30,379 nucleotides of DNA from contig JBOFUV010000021.1 in the NCBI GenBank assembly GCA_051652765.1, positions 1 to 30,379 on the forward strand. Direction: 5' to 3'. Numbering within the stretch: position 1 is the stretch's first letter; each line of letters opens with the position of its first letter. Positions 20,398 to 29,911 of the stretch are shown here, in pieces. Source of the stretch: Microcoleaceae cyanobacterium (GTDB taxonomy: Bacteria > Cyanobacteriota > Cyanobacteriia > Cyanobacteriales > Microcoleaceae). The notes under the pieces are model-generated. The model was not told the origin of the DNA, ran no database searches, and saw only the letters and a program-made list of their open reading frames with translations. Position numbers and translations under genes: made by a program.

Positions 20398-21024
20398 ATG
20401 ACTATTCTTAGTAGAATTTTGTCACTTTTTCCAGCTCTAATAATATTGATTTCTGCAGCGTTATTTTTATGGCTACTTTATGCTCCTAGAGTCCTTGTTT
20501 TTATAGCTCTCATCTTTTTAATTTATGGCTTTCCATTATTAGTCTATCGAGTCCATCACTATTTTTATCCTGTTAAATCTGGCATCAGTTACTTACAAGA
20601 TTGTGGGTATTCTCCCTGGTGGGGCAGTCATCAAATTCAAGCGATTTACATTGCCTTTCCGATTTTTGAAACAGTTTTGAGATTAATTCCAGGGGCTTTT
20701 TCTTGTTGGTTAAGATTATGGGGATCGCAGATTGGCAAGGATGTTTGCTGGACATCTCAGTTGGAAATTGCTGATCGGGGATTGTTAGAAATTGGCGATC
20801 GCGTTGTGTTTGGTCATGGAGTTGGGCTGTATTCTCACATTATCAAACCCAAAAAGCAAAACTTAATGCTTTATATTAAACCGATTAAGATTGGCAGTGA
20901 TACTTTTTTAGGAGCCTGGAATCATATTGGCCCAGGAGTAAAAATTGAGTCCAGTAGTTACCTTCCTGTCGCAACTCATCTTTATCCAAATCGAAAAATA
21001 AATGAGTCTATTCATACTAAATAA
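20398..21024 (+). CDS. Membrane-anchored hexapeptide-repeat (left-handed beta-helix) acyltransferase
   Basis: N-terminal TMs; LRLWGSQIGKDV, LLEIGDRVVFG, IKIGSDTFLG..IGPGVKI. Confidence 0.82.
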   Translation: MTILSRILSLFPALIILISAALFLWLLYAPRVLVFIALIFLIYGFPLLVYRVHHYFYPVKSGISYLQDCGYSPWWGSHQIQAIYIAFPIFETVLRLIPGAFSCWLRLWGSQIGKDVCWTSQLEIADRGLLEIGDRVVFGHGVGLYSHIIKPKKQNLMLYIKPIKIGSDTFLGAWNHIGPGVKIESSSYLPVATHLYPNRKINESIHTK

Positions 21025-21060
21025 TTAGCAAAAATTAGAGTGTTAATGTCTTGTCAACAA

Positions 21061-21161
21061 GTAGCAATCCCAAATAATTCATGAGATGGTGTTGTGCAAT
21101 TTTCCAACTTGTGCGGTCAAGATATCCACTTCACACCCACACTGCAAATCAGATTACTATA
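21061..21161. mobile_element. MITE-like dispersed repeat, inverted relative to the 18191 copy
   Basis: GTAGCAATCCCAAATAAT...CAAATCAGATTACTATA; reverse complement aligns along its length with 18191-18299. Confidence 0.7.
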
Positions 21162-21213
21162 GGCAAATTACCCGCCCTCAAGCTTTGCAACTTAAACCAG
21201 ATTATTACATACT

Positions 21214-22746
21214 ATGATTTCTGTATTTGTTCAGTTATTTGGAAAGTTCTTATCCCCTGTTGCTCAACAATTTAATCAAGCTTTGATGAATCCTAAAGCG
21301 GCACAAAGAGCTGTACAATTAGAGCTAATCAACGGATTAATTCAAACAGAGTATGGAAAGTTTTATAATATTAATGGTGTTGAAGATTGGCATAGGCTTC
21401 CAATTGTAGATTATCCAGAGATTGAATCCTGGATTCATCGCCAACAAAATAGTCACGCTCATCTGATCACACCGCACCCAATTTTATTCTATGAAACAAC
21501 CTCTGGAAGTACGGGCAGTAACAAGCTAATTCCCTATACTCCAGCCTTGAAATCTTCCTTTAATCGAATGTTTTGTATCTGGGCTTATGATTTAATCAAA
21601 AATGGCCCAAAGTTCTCAACGGGTCAAGTTTATATGTGTATTTCCCCTACATTTGCCCGTGAAGGTGATTCTAAGATTAAAGGTTTTGAAAAGAATTTGA
21701 AAGATGATTCAGAATATCTAAATTGGGGGTTGAAATTAGTATTAAAACCTTTTTTAGTTGCTTTAAATGGGCTGGGTTCTGCACGAAATGCTATGGAGTT
21801 TAAGCATCAACTGGCAATTAATTTAATCTTGGCACAACGATTAGAAATCATCTCAATTTGGAGCCCAAGTTTTTTAATCACTATTCTGAATTATATTCAA
21901 GAAAATCGTGAGATTCTTTGTCAGAAACTTCAAACTCGGCTTTCATTGAAAAGGGTTCAGATTCTCTCTAGTCAGAGAATTGATTGGGAAAAACTTTGGC
22001 CTCATTTAAAGCTGATTTCCTGCTGGAATAGTGCCATGGCTGCGGACTCAGCCAAACATTTAAACTCCTATTTTCCCACGGTGATGGTTCAGGGAAAAGG
22101 GTTATTAGCAACTGAAGCTCCACTGACAATTCCACTCATTGCTGCTCAGGGTTATATACCTGTTTTACAGGAAGTCTTTTTTGAGTTTGAGGATAGTCAA
22201 GGTCAAATTTATCACCTTGACCAGATTCAAACTGGAAAAGTTTACTCTATGATTGTGTCTCAAAAAGGGGGATTATACCGCTATCGAATTGGTGATCGCG
22301 TCAGTGTTAGTCATTTTTATCAACATACGCCCTGTTTAGAATTTCTGGGGCGAACTCAAACCACTACTGACTTAGTCGGAGAAAAATTACATTGTGATTT
22401 TGTTGCCGCTGTTCTGGCAAGTTTATCGCTTCAAGCGGCAACATTTAAAACATTAATTCCAGTTCGACAGCCGATGCCTCACTATCTTTTACTCCTCGAT
22501 CAAACATCCCAGTCAGTGGAGGAGATCGCTCAACAACTCGACCAAGCTTTGATGCAATCCTATCACTATCGCTATGCTCGTCAATTGGGTCAACTGGCTC
22601 CCGTCACAGTTCAAGTCTCCTCTCAAATTCCTGAAATTTTAGCAACTCAGCGACTCACTTCAGGAACTCGATGGGGTGATGTCAAGTTTCCACTTCTAAC
22701 CTTAAATCCTTGGGAAACAGAAACAGAATTGATCAGTCTCAATTAG
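21214..22746 (+). CDS. GH3-family acyl-adenylate-forming amide ligase
   Basis: TTSGSTG..KLIPYT P-loop, GLLATEA, GGLYRYRIGDRV, FLGR, DLVGEKL. Confidence 0.9.
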   Translation: MISVFVQLFGKFLSPVAQQFNQALMNPKAAQRAVQLELINGLIQTEYGKFYNINGVEDWHRLPIVDYPEIESWIHRQQNSHAHLITPHPILFYETTSGSTGSNKLIPYTPALKSSFNRMFCIWAYDLIKNGPKFSTGQVYMCISPTFAREGDSKIKGFEKNLKDDSEYLNWGLKLVLKPFLVALNGLGSARNAMEFKHQLAINLILAQRLEIISIWSPSFLITILNYIQENREILCQKLQTRLSLKRVQILSSQRIDWEKLWPHLKLISCWNSAMAADSAKHLNSYFPTVMVQGKGLLATEAPLTIPLIAAQGYIPVLQEVFFEFEDSQGQIYHLDQIQTGKVYSMIVSQKGGLYRYRIGDRVSVSHFYQHTPCLEFLGRTQTTTDLVGEKLHCDFVAAVLASLSLQAATFKTLIPVRQPMPHYLLLLDQTSQSVEEIAQQLDQALMQSYHYRYARQLGQLAPVTVQVSSQIPEILATQRLTSGTRWGDVKFPLLTLNPWETETELISLN

Positions 22747-22772
22747 GAGAATTGAATTCAGATTAATTCAGA

Positions 22773-24656
22773 TTAATTCATCAGGGTCATGAAAGGTTGA
22801 GCAGGAAGAAAACGGATTGGAGTGTCCTCAATCAGATAACCAATCTCGGTCTGCATTTCTGCTGGGGATAAATCCTCTTGAGTGATCAAACACTGAAGAA
22901 TTTTGAAGCTAGAAGTATCTGTCCAATAATAACCCCCATGGACATCAATTTTTTTCCGAAAATAAAGCCAGGTATTAATAGCATCAATCAGTAAACCATT
23001 GCGGGGGTTAAGTTTCAATTTAGAGCCATTGACACCGGGCATTTCAGAACAGTCCAGGTAGTTAAACTTTTCAAACAAATCATAGGCTGAAGTGGGTTGC
23101 ACAGCCGCCTGAGAAAACATCATCACTCGAATATAGGGACGATATTCTAATTGGTCTTGAGATGCTTTCATTGGTCTGAGATAAACATTGCCTAACCTTA
23201 ATCCTGACATTTCTAAACTCGGTTCACTAAACCAGTTGCCCAATAGGGAAAGATACCGCAAAACCGTATCACGATCGCTTGAAAATAGATAAATCCCCCG
23301 GCATCGTAAAATTGCAGACCGAACATAATTGTTGCGCCCCTCCCGCAGAAATTCTAGGGGGATATCAGGGGAGGATAAAATTAACTTATCCAGTTTTAAA
23401 TAATCTCCCATATTGGTGCTAGTCCGTTGTTCCAGCCGATCATCTTTGCCAAATCGATCGGATAAGGTTCGCAATAGATTCACCAACAGCAAACACCCCA
23501 TGCTATGGCCAATTAAATTAACATTGAGGGTTGAAAGTTTGGGCATCCTGGAGGCTGTTTCTAGATCAAAGGGAATACTGGCATAAGGATTTTCCCCTAA
23601 AACTTTATCCAATCGCCAAAAGAATTCTGCCAAATCGGGAGCCCCATAGTGAATGGCTCGATAGCGATCGCGTTGATAGACCACCAACCTCAAGAGTTGC
23701 ATCAACATCAGCCACAGAACAAACACTACAAACGCAACTGCTTGCCATTGCCAAAACAACGAACTCAGTTGTTTCCAGTTCAGCCAAGCCCAGAGCGGAT
23801 CAAGAATCGGATCGAGCCCAAACCCTTGTAATATAGGAACCACAACCAAGGCAGAGAGCACATACAGAACCGTACCAATTCCCCAGGAGAGCAGCGCAAT
23901 AATCAGCAAAAATTTGAAGAAAATTCCCCAATTGCGGCGGGCATCCAGCCAAAGTTGGGGGGCAACAAAGGGCTGTTCACTGGGCCAGCAATAGCCAATA
24001 TAAGCGCTTTGATCAGCTAGTGTCCCGACATAATTAAAAGGCCCTTTGAGACAGAGAGATTCTGCTTCATCCACAAAGGCCGTGTAAAAGTTGGGTGGTG
24101 GAGTTGCATAGCCATGGGTTCGGAGGGTCAAACGCTCAAATTGCCCAGAGCGCATCAACAGGCCCAGTTCAGCAATATTAAACAGGGGACGAAACCGCTC
24201 CAGCGGCGGCAGTTGCCGATCAACGTTCAAAGAGGGCGGAGCAGTACTGACGACTAGAAAAATGTTGGAGTACTTCCGATCGGCATACACCTCAAAGTTA
24301 CGACTGACGGCATTGGCAAATTCCTGATTGTGCCAACTGTTCAGGGCTCGAATCACGTACTCTTCATTCACTTGGCTCGCAAACGCAGGGTACTCTTCTA
24401 GAGGACAGGTTGAGCGGAGTGCCTCGGCAATTTCGGATTCAGATGAGTAAGCGCCATAGGCTGGCAAGCCCTGAACCATCGGAGGCTGGGCTTTAGAGGG
24501 TTTAGGATGGGCAAGCTGCACAATCCGGGCCTTTGCCCACCAGTCTGAGAAAGGAGCCGCATTCCGCACAATGGACTCGAGCCACCGCCGATCATTTTCG
24601 ACTGTTTCTGGTTGCCACTGCAAGGGCAACCCCAGATACAACTTCACAGTTTCCAT
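22773..24656 (-). CDS. Alpha/beta hydrolase (DUF900-like) with inserted transmembrane segments
   Basis: HGY oxyanion region, GYCWP, nucleophile elbow GHSMG, SSPDI, SSDRDTVL, C-terminal HGGY. Confidence 0.78.
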   Translation of the reverse strand: METVKLYLGLPLQWQPETVENDRRWLESIVRNAAPFSDWWAKARIVQLAHPKPSKAQPPMVQGLPAYGAYSSESEIAEALRSTCPLEEYPAFASQVNEEYVIRALNSWHNQEFANAVSRNFEVYADRKYSNIFLVVSTAPPSLNVDRQLPPLERFRPLFNIAELGLLMRSGQFERLTLRTHGYATPPPNFYTAFVDEAESLCLKGPFNYVGTLADQSAYIGYCWPSEQPFVAPQLWLDARRNWGIFFKFLLIIALLSWGIGTVLYVLSALVVVPILQGFGLDPILDPLWAWLNWKQLSSLFWQWQAVAFVVFVLWLMLMQLLRLVVYQRDRYRAIHYGAPDLAEFFWRLDKVLGENPYASIPFDLETASRMPKLSTLNVNLIGHSMGCLLLVNLLRTLSDRFGKDDRLEQRTSTNMGDYLKLDKLILSSPDIPLEFLREGRNNYVRSAILRCRGIYLFSSDRDTVLRYLSLLGNWFSEPSLEMSGLRLGNVYLRPMKASQDQLEYRPYIRVMMFSQAAVQPTSAYDLFEKFNYLDCSEMPGVNGSKLKLNPRNGLLIDAINTWLYFRKKIDVHGGYYWTDTSSFKILQCLITQEDLSPAEMQTEIGYLIEDTPIRFLPAQPFMTLMN

Positions 24657-24742
24657 AAAAGTCCTCCTCAGTCCGCGCTACTGTCATCCTGTTATATCAG
24701 GAAGCTAGAACCATCAGTTCAAATCATGAAGATACTTAACTT

Positions 24743-26062
24743 TTAATTCCACAACTGTCGCCACCAAGGTTGAGGTTCTCCGTTGATCAATTGAACTTGA
24801 GGGCGGATATCCTGAGAACTCCAACCCGTGAGTCGGGCCAGGTTTTGAATTTCCTGTTCCTGCCGTGCTCGAACTGATGCTTTATAACTTTGGGCTTCAC
24901 TGCAATTCATCGTCCCAGTGTAGGGATGGTTAATCACATATCGTCCCTGAAACAGCTCTCGATTCCCCGTTGTCTGAAAATTCAAGTCCTCTGGAAACGT
25001 GTCACGGGCATAACGAATATGAATCCGAGTGATAAAAACGTTCGTGGGTTGCCCTGGATTGAGCCAAAAAACTCCTGCCTGTTTGAGTTCCTCTGGAGTC
25101 AGGGGATCGGCTGAACAGGGATCACAGCTTCCCATATCCCAGGCATACTCTACGAAAGCAACTTTTTTCTGTTCTCGCTGATGGGCCGTTTTGAACAGGG
25201 CCGTGTAAAACTCGGGAAACTTTTGCTGCACAAATTCTGGAACCTCCACATCCGAAGGAATCTTCGCCGTGCGATAGTTCGCCAGTTCCGCTTGTCCCTT
25301 GGGAGACAACAAATAAACGATTAAATCCTGCTCCCCTTGAGCATTGATCATGCCCAAACGAATGGGCAACATAAATCGCGGGGATTCATAAGCCATCATT
25401 AGAGGCCGCAGGGATTGGAACCCACTTTTATCAAACTCGGCCAAGTTCACCTTGGCAACGAAAAACTTTAACCCTTGGCGGATATAAGGTTGCAACAACT
25501 GGGCGGCACCTGGGGGAATTTTGTACCCACTCTGAACTAGCCAGGTTTCTAGGCCATCTGACTCCTTGGCACTGAGAATAACAATGTCATATTCCCCCAC
25601 GGTAAAGCGGGATTCCACCGTAACGCCCAAACTGCGATCGCTCTCACTGTTCCGCGCTTCAGGAGCCGACTGAAACACCCCATCTCCTGACCCACGGGTT
25701 GTAGGTCTAGGATAAATTTCACAGGGATTGGAGTCAAAGTACTCCACCAGTCGAGGGGCACTAAACGCATCAATCCGCTGAATGATTTTGGGCTCTGCGA
25801 CTCGGACTTGATCCTCCTTCAAAACCACTGGAACCGGCACCACCAACGCAAAATCCTTGGCCGCGCCTTTGTAGTCGTTGGCCATGGTCAGTACTGTGCG
25901 ATCGCCATCCCGAGCAATAATCACTTGGGACGCTTGATTGTACAAACTAGCATCCGCCTTGCCCACATAAAAGCCACAAAAGGCCAGAGCCGGAGTTGCC
26001 AATAAAAACACGGTCGCAATTGCCCCTAAAAGAGCAACAAACAGTCGAGCTAGATGTTTCAT
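24743..26062 (-). CDS. DUF2330-family exported protein
   Basis: Signal peptide ending ALA-FCGFYV; DFALVVPVP, VGEYDIVILSA, EYAWDMGSCDPC. Confidence 0.85.
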   Translation of the reverse strand: MKHLARLFVALLGAIATVFLLATPALAFCGFYVGKADASLYNQASQVIIARDGDRTVLTMANDYKGAAKDFALVVPVPVVLKEDQVRVAEPKIIQRIDAFSAPRLVEYFDSNPCEIYPRPTTRGSGDGVFQSAPEARNSESDRSLGVTVESRFTVGEYDIVILSAKESDGLETWLVQSGYKIPPGAAQLLQPYIRQGLKFFVAKVNLAEFDKSGFQSLRPLMMAYESPRFMLPIRLGMINAQGEQDLIVYLLSPKGQAELANYRTAKIPSDVEVPEFVQQKFPEFYTALFKTAHQREQKKVAFVEYAWDMGSCDPCSADPLTPEELKQAGVFWLNPGQPTNVFITRIHIRYARDTFPEDLNFQTTGNRELFQGRYVINHPYTGTMNCSEAQSYKASVRARQEQEIQNLARLTGWSSQDIRPQVQLINGEPQPWWRQLWN

Positions 26063-26116
26063 GTCAATGCACTTAAATCCATTTTTTCAAGTGAGGAATT
26101 TCTGTTTAAGGACTTT

Positions 26117-26983
26117 TTAACCCTTCTCTAGTCCTTGCTCCAAACCCGGTAACTGCCAGATAAACCGAGGCGCTGCCCAAATCTCATCCAGCAGTATCGT
26201 CAAGGGAGAGAGACTGAATAACGCCCAAAACATCGCCGTTGAGAGGAAGAATTGATGCTGCAAAATAAACGTTAATCCCGCTAGAGCAACCGCCCAAATG
26301 ACTCGACCTTGAGGCGCATTGGGAATTGACCGGGGATCGGTCAGCATAAATAGAGCGAACAATAGCAAGCTACCACTCATTAATTGATGACTATAAACAT
26401 CCCAACTCCAGCCCAACCAAGCCGAACGTATCACTTCCAAGCCTGCGTAGGCGGCGAGAAAGGTTGCGGACGTATCCCATCGCCCCACCTGCTTTAACAC
26501 CAAACCCCCGGCACCCAAAAACAGCAAAATGTACCACCAGTCCGTACCCCACTGCCCCGGAGAAACCCAAGCATCAGAGGTGAAGGTGAGGACAGCGATA
26601 ATCCCGAAATTGGCTGGATTAAACCAGTGCTTGCCTTGATAACGAAACAAAAACTTACTGGCGATCGCGCAGCTTCCAGCTAAAACCATGGTTAGAGGAG
26701 TATTTGCCCGCAGCAAGAGACACAAGCCCAAGGCGGTAATCAAGGCACTGCGCCAGGATGAGCCCTGCTGTCTTATGGAGTCTTGGCCGGATTCTGAAGC
26801 AGCTTGAGCAGATCTGTTCAGCCACATCTGTTGTAGACGTTCAGCCATACCCTGAGTTAGTAAACAGGTACAAAGAGTAACGATCACGAGATCTGGCCGC
26901 ACTGTCCAATCGCGAGTGCCAATGCCCAGAATCAAAAACGTTGTGAGGAAAAGAATCTGTGGATTGCGGGCATCTTTGATCAT
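26117..26983 (-). CDS. RnfD/NqrB-like integral membrane protein (stand-alone)
   Basis: Polytopic; SALITALGL, ASKF...KHWFNPANFG, FALFMLTDPRS. Confidence 0.8.
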   Translation of the reverse strand: MIKDARNPQILFLTTFLILGIGTRDWTVRPDLVIVTLCTCLLTQGMAERLQQMWLNRSAQAASESGQDSIRQQGSSWRSALITALGLCLLLRANTPLTMVLAGSCAIASKFLFRYQGKHWFNPANFGIIAVLTFTSDAWVSPGQWGTDWWYILLFLGAGGLVLKQVGRWDTSATFLAAYAGLEVIRSAWLGWSWDVYSHQLMSGSLLLFALFMLTDPRSIPNAPQGRVIWAVALAGLTFILQHQFFLSTAMFWALFSLSPLTILLDEIWAAPRFIWQLPGLEQGLEKG

Positions 26984-27233
26984 AGTTTGTACTCCTGCTG
27001 AACTGACTAACCCAACTGACTAATCGATTTATTCAGCCCATGACTGAACTATCAGGATTGACGTATTCTACAAAACAACGGCTGAGAATCTTTATATTTT
27101 TTTACATCCTGATATTTACAAACTAACAAAATGAACCGTTCCTTTAGAATCAAGCCCTAGCGAATGGTCTAAGGATGCAACATAATGTCAGCAAAACTTA
27201 ACTTCGATCTGATTTATTCTTTTCCTGATTTCT

Positions 27234-28223
27234 ATGACTGCATTGTGGACACGCCGCCATATTTTGTCCTTAGCTGACTTTACGCCAGAAGAGTACAATA
27301 CCGTATTACAAACTGCCCTCAGTTTCCGCGAAGTTCTCGGTCGGCGCACCAAAAAAGTTCCGGCCCTTCAGGGTCAAGTTGTTGCCAATCTTTTTTTTGA
27401 ACCCTCGACCCGAACTCGCAACAGTTTTGAGCTAGCCGCGAAGCGACTCTCCGCAGATATCTTAAATTTTGCTCCGGGTACTTCATCGCTCTCTAAAGGA
27501 GAAACGATCCTCGACACTGCCAAGACTTACTTAGCCATGGGCACTAATATGATGGTGATTCGCCATCAGCAAGCGGGTGTTCCGATGGCGATCGCCACCG
27601 AGTTGGATCGGCTCAAATCAAAGGTTTCTGTGCTCAATGCCGGAGATGGTCAACATGAACATCCCTCCCAAGCTTTGCTAGACTTATTTACCCTGTGCAC
27701 CCTGTTGAGCCCAGATCAGCCCCAAGTAGAACTGCTTCAAGGGAAAAAAATTGCCATCATTGGAGACATCTTGCACTCTCGGGTTGCCCGTTCTAATCTC
27801 TGGAGTTTGACTGCAACAGAAACAGAGGTACATTTGGCCGCTCCCCCGACCTTGTTACCGCAATTGTTTGATATCTATGATCATGAACGGCCAGGTCAGG
27901 TTATGCTTCACTGGGAATTAGAGCCTGCCTTAGAAAATGCAGACTTTGTGATGACCCTACGTTTACAACGGGAGCGGATGACCGATCATCTGTTGCCCAG
28001 CCTGCGAGAATATCATCAATGCTATGGAATCAACCACAATCGCTTGAAACTTTGTAAACCTGGTGTCAAGATTCTACATCCCGGCCCAGTTAATCGGGGG
28101 GTAGAAATTAGCTCTGAACTGATGGACGATCCTGACTTCAGTCTGATTGCCCAACAAGTCACCAGTGGGGTTGCTGTCCGTATGGCCTTACTTTACCTGA
28201 TTGCTGGAGGGGGAGATACATAA
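27234..28223 (+). CDS. pyrB: Aspartate carbamoyltransferase catalytic subunit
   Basis: [54 protein letters not shown]. Confidence 0.98.
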   Translation: MTALWTRRHILSLADFTPEEYNTVLQTALSFREVLGRRTKKVPALQGQVVANLFFEPSTRTRNSFELAAKRLSADILNFAPGTSSLSKGETILDTAKTYLAMGTNMMVIRHQQAGVPMAIATELDRLKSKVSVLNAGDGQHEHPSQALLDLFTLCTLLSPDQPQVELLQGKKIAIIGDILHSRVARSNLWSLTATETEVHLAAPPTLLPQLFDIYDHERPGQVMLHWELEPALENADFVMTLRLQRERMTDHLLPSLREYHQCYGINHNRLKLCKPGVKILHPGPVNRGVEISSELMDDPDFSLIAQQVTSGVAVRMALLYLIAGGGDT

Positions 28224-28321
28224 TTAATGTCATTCACAAATTCATCATAATCTGTTCTATATTCATGAGAATCAGAAATGATATTTAAAAGCTCCTTCCC
28301 TGAAGTTATTCTTGTCAAAAA

Positions 28322-28413
28322 TCTTAACGGCTTGCGCTTCATCGGACGGCAATGGAGTTTGTAACACAATTAATTGGGTTTGCCGCCGTTCCATGTGCAA
28401 GCGCTTGTTAGGC
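28322..28413 (-). mobile_element. Integron attC site 1 (closes the brnTA cassette)
   Basis: Minus strand R'' GCCTAAC (contains the brnA TAA stop) ... R' GTTAAGA; 92 bp imperfect palindrome. Confidence 0.75.
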
Positions 28414-28686
28414 TTTGTGCTGAGTTTTGTTGTTCTCTATATATTGGCGTAAAACATCGTTAATTAGAGTTTTATACTGTTCTCCTTGAGCCTGAAACCA
28501 CTGCTTCACATCGGGATCAAGCTGAACTAGGTTATGGGCTTGATCTGCTGGAACACGTAAAGTTGCTCTTTCAAAAAATTCATCTGTCAGCGGTGGAATA
28601 TCTGAATAATCAATATTCTCTTCTGACCTTGACTCTAAAGCTGCCCAGTTAGTACGAGAGGTACTGCTCAAATCGTTTCTGCTCAT
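28408..28686 (-). CDS. brnA: BrnA-family antitoxin
   Basis: TNWAAL, IDYSDIPPLTDEFF, LDPDVKQWF...YKTLINDVLRQY; overlaps the brnT 3' end. Confidence 0.9.
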   Translation of the reverse strand: MSRNDLSSTSRTNWAALESRSEENIDYSDIPPLTDEFFERATLRVPADQAHNLVQLDPDVKQWFQAQGEQYKTLINDVLRQYIENNKTQHKA

Positions 28687-28926
28687 GACGGTTTGCTCTT
28701 CGTGCTGAAATGATTCGGATTACATCTTTCTGACGTTCTGTCCAGACTATCACCGCTATTCCAAAACCGAGAAACCCAATTCCGAACCAGCGATCTTCAC
28801 CATAATCCAAACGATCATCTAGCTCAATCAGCATTTCACCATCAAACATTGAGGGAACATCGGCAAAATCAATTTCATGTTTACGAATGTTTTCAAGGTT
28901 TTTGTTTCATCCTGCTCAAATTGCAT
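28649..28926 (-). pseudogene. brnT: BrnT-family ribonuclease toxin, frameshifted near codon 9
   Basis: ATG 28926 gives MQFEQDETK; the BrnT-like continuation NLENIRKHEIDFADV...YGEDRW...IRIISARRA is in another frame; one base is missing in the T5 run 28899-28903. Confidence 0.85.
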
Positions 28927-29037
28927 GAAGGGTTAGGGTATGCCAGATCAAGCTAATTTCTTTTATCATCACATATTCAGATGAAGTGATCTCATTATGG
29001 ACTGGAGATCCATGATCTAATCGTAATAAATATCAGA

Positions 29038-29121
29038 GCCTAACGGTGAAGTTGTGCGGCGGTAGACAACATTTAAACGCAGCAAAAAATCTTTATCTGC
29101 CGCTCCAACGACTTGTTAGCT
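29038..29121 (-). mobile_element. Integron attC site 2 (closes the mazEF cassette)
   Basis: Minus strand R'' AGCTAAC ... R' GTTAGGC; + strand arms GTTG-T-GCGGCGG / CTGCCGC-TC-CAAC; 84 bp. Confidence 0.78.
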
Positions 29122-29128
29122 GGCGCTG

Positions 29129-29473
29129 TTAAAGGTACAAGATTGTTCGTAGTCCCTCATCTACCTCTTCCTGCAAATGCTCTGATAATGAACCAATACG
29201 TTCAACCAGAAATGTTTTATCGACTGTGAGAATTTGAGATACGTTAGCCACTGAATCCTTAGATAAGCCTGTTACTCTTTGTGGCAACAATACATTGCCT
29301 GGAGCTTCTGCCAACTGAATATTTGAAGTGATAATTACAACAATGACCGTACTGATACAACTTTGAGTAAAAGTATCATCCTGAACCACCAAAACAGGAC
29401 GACGATAGCCAGGTTCTGAGCCTATCGGATCGGGTAAATTCGCCCACCAGATCTCTCCCCGATACATTACCAA
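29129..29473 (-). CDS. mazF: PemK/MazF-family endoribonuclease toxin
   Basis: RGEIWWANL.DP.GSEPGYRRPVLVVQ, ITSN, GLSKDSVANVSQILTVDK. Confidence 0.93.
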   Translation of the reverse strand: MVMYRGEIWWANLPDPIGSEPGYRRPVLVVQDDTFTQSCISTVIVVIITSNIQLAEAPGNVLLPQRVTGLSKDSVANVSQILTVDKTFLVERIGSLSEHLQEEVDEGLRTILYL

Positions 29474-29703
29474 TCCTCACGGGATAGAGACATAAATTGC
29501 ATTCTTGCCATCACCGGATCTAGTTCAGAAGGCTCTTGAGAGTAAACCTGATTTAGCTTAAGCAAAATTTGATTACGGTTGTACTTCTTCAAATACGCTT
29601 GTAACGCTTTCGTGTAAAGTTCGCTGCGCGACAATCCTAACTGCTGGGCTAGTGCTTCTGCCTCTTCAAAAACTGAATCTGGAAGGGAAATCGCAGTTCT
29701 CAT
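29467..29703 (-). CDS. Ribbon-helix-helix antitoxin cognate to the PemK/MazF toxin
   Basis: MRTAISLPD...LAQQLGLSRSELY RHH pattern; stop overlaps the toxin start. Confidence 0.88.
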   Translation of the reverse strand: MRTAISLPDSVFEEAEALAQQLGLSRSELYTKALQAYLKKYNRNQILLKLNQVYSQEPSELDPVMARMQFMSLSREDW

Positions 29704-29824
29704 AATAATCTGAACTGAATTCCTACTCTTCAGTTATATCTTAGTTATGCCGGAACTGCAAGAATCAGTAAGCTCAAATACTAGCAGGTAGCCTCTTTGT
29801 ACGCCCCAAGCCAAAAACGAAGCC

Positions 29825-29911
29825 AGCTAACGGTTGAACTCACCCGCCGCCAACAGCTTCAGAATTAATCCAGTAATGCTATTGCAGGTCGGGTGCAGTG
29901 ATTGGTTAGCT
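29825..29911 (-). mobile_element. Integron attC site 3
   Basis: Minus strand R'' AGCTAAC ... R' GTTAGCT; + strand arms ACT-CACCCG-CC / GG-T-CGGGTG-C-AGT with two extrahelical bases; 87 bp. Confidence 0.82.

Noticed and set aside
21081..21275. 64-aa ORF before GH3
   Set aside because: Starts inside the repeat element and overlaps GH3 out of frame
2401..26005. Many short ORFs nested in or antisense to long genes
   Set aside because: Shadow ORFs with no recognisable motifs
28895..28910. Programmed -1 frameshift for brnT
   Set aside because: A-AAA-ACC is not a canonical slippery heptamer; a deletion or error is simpler
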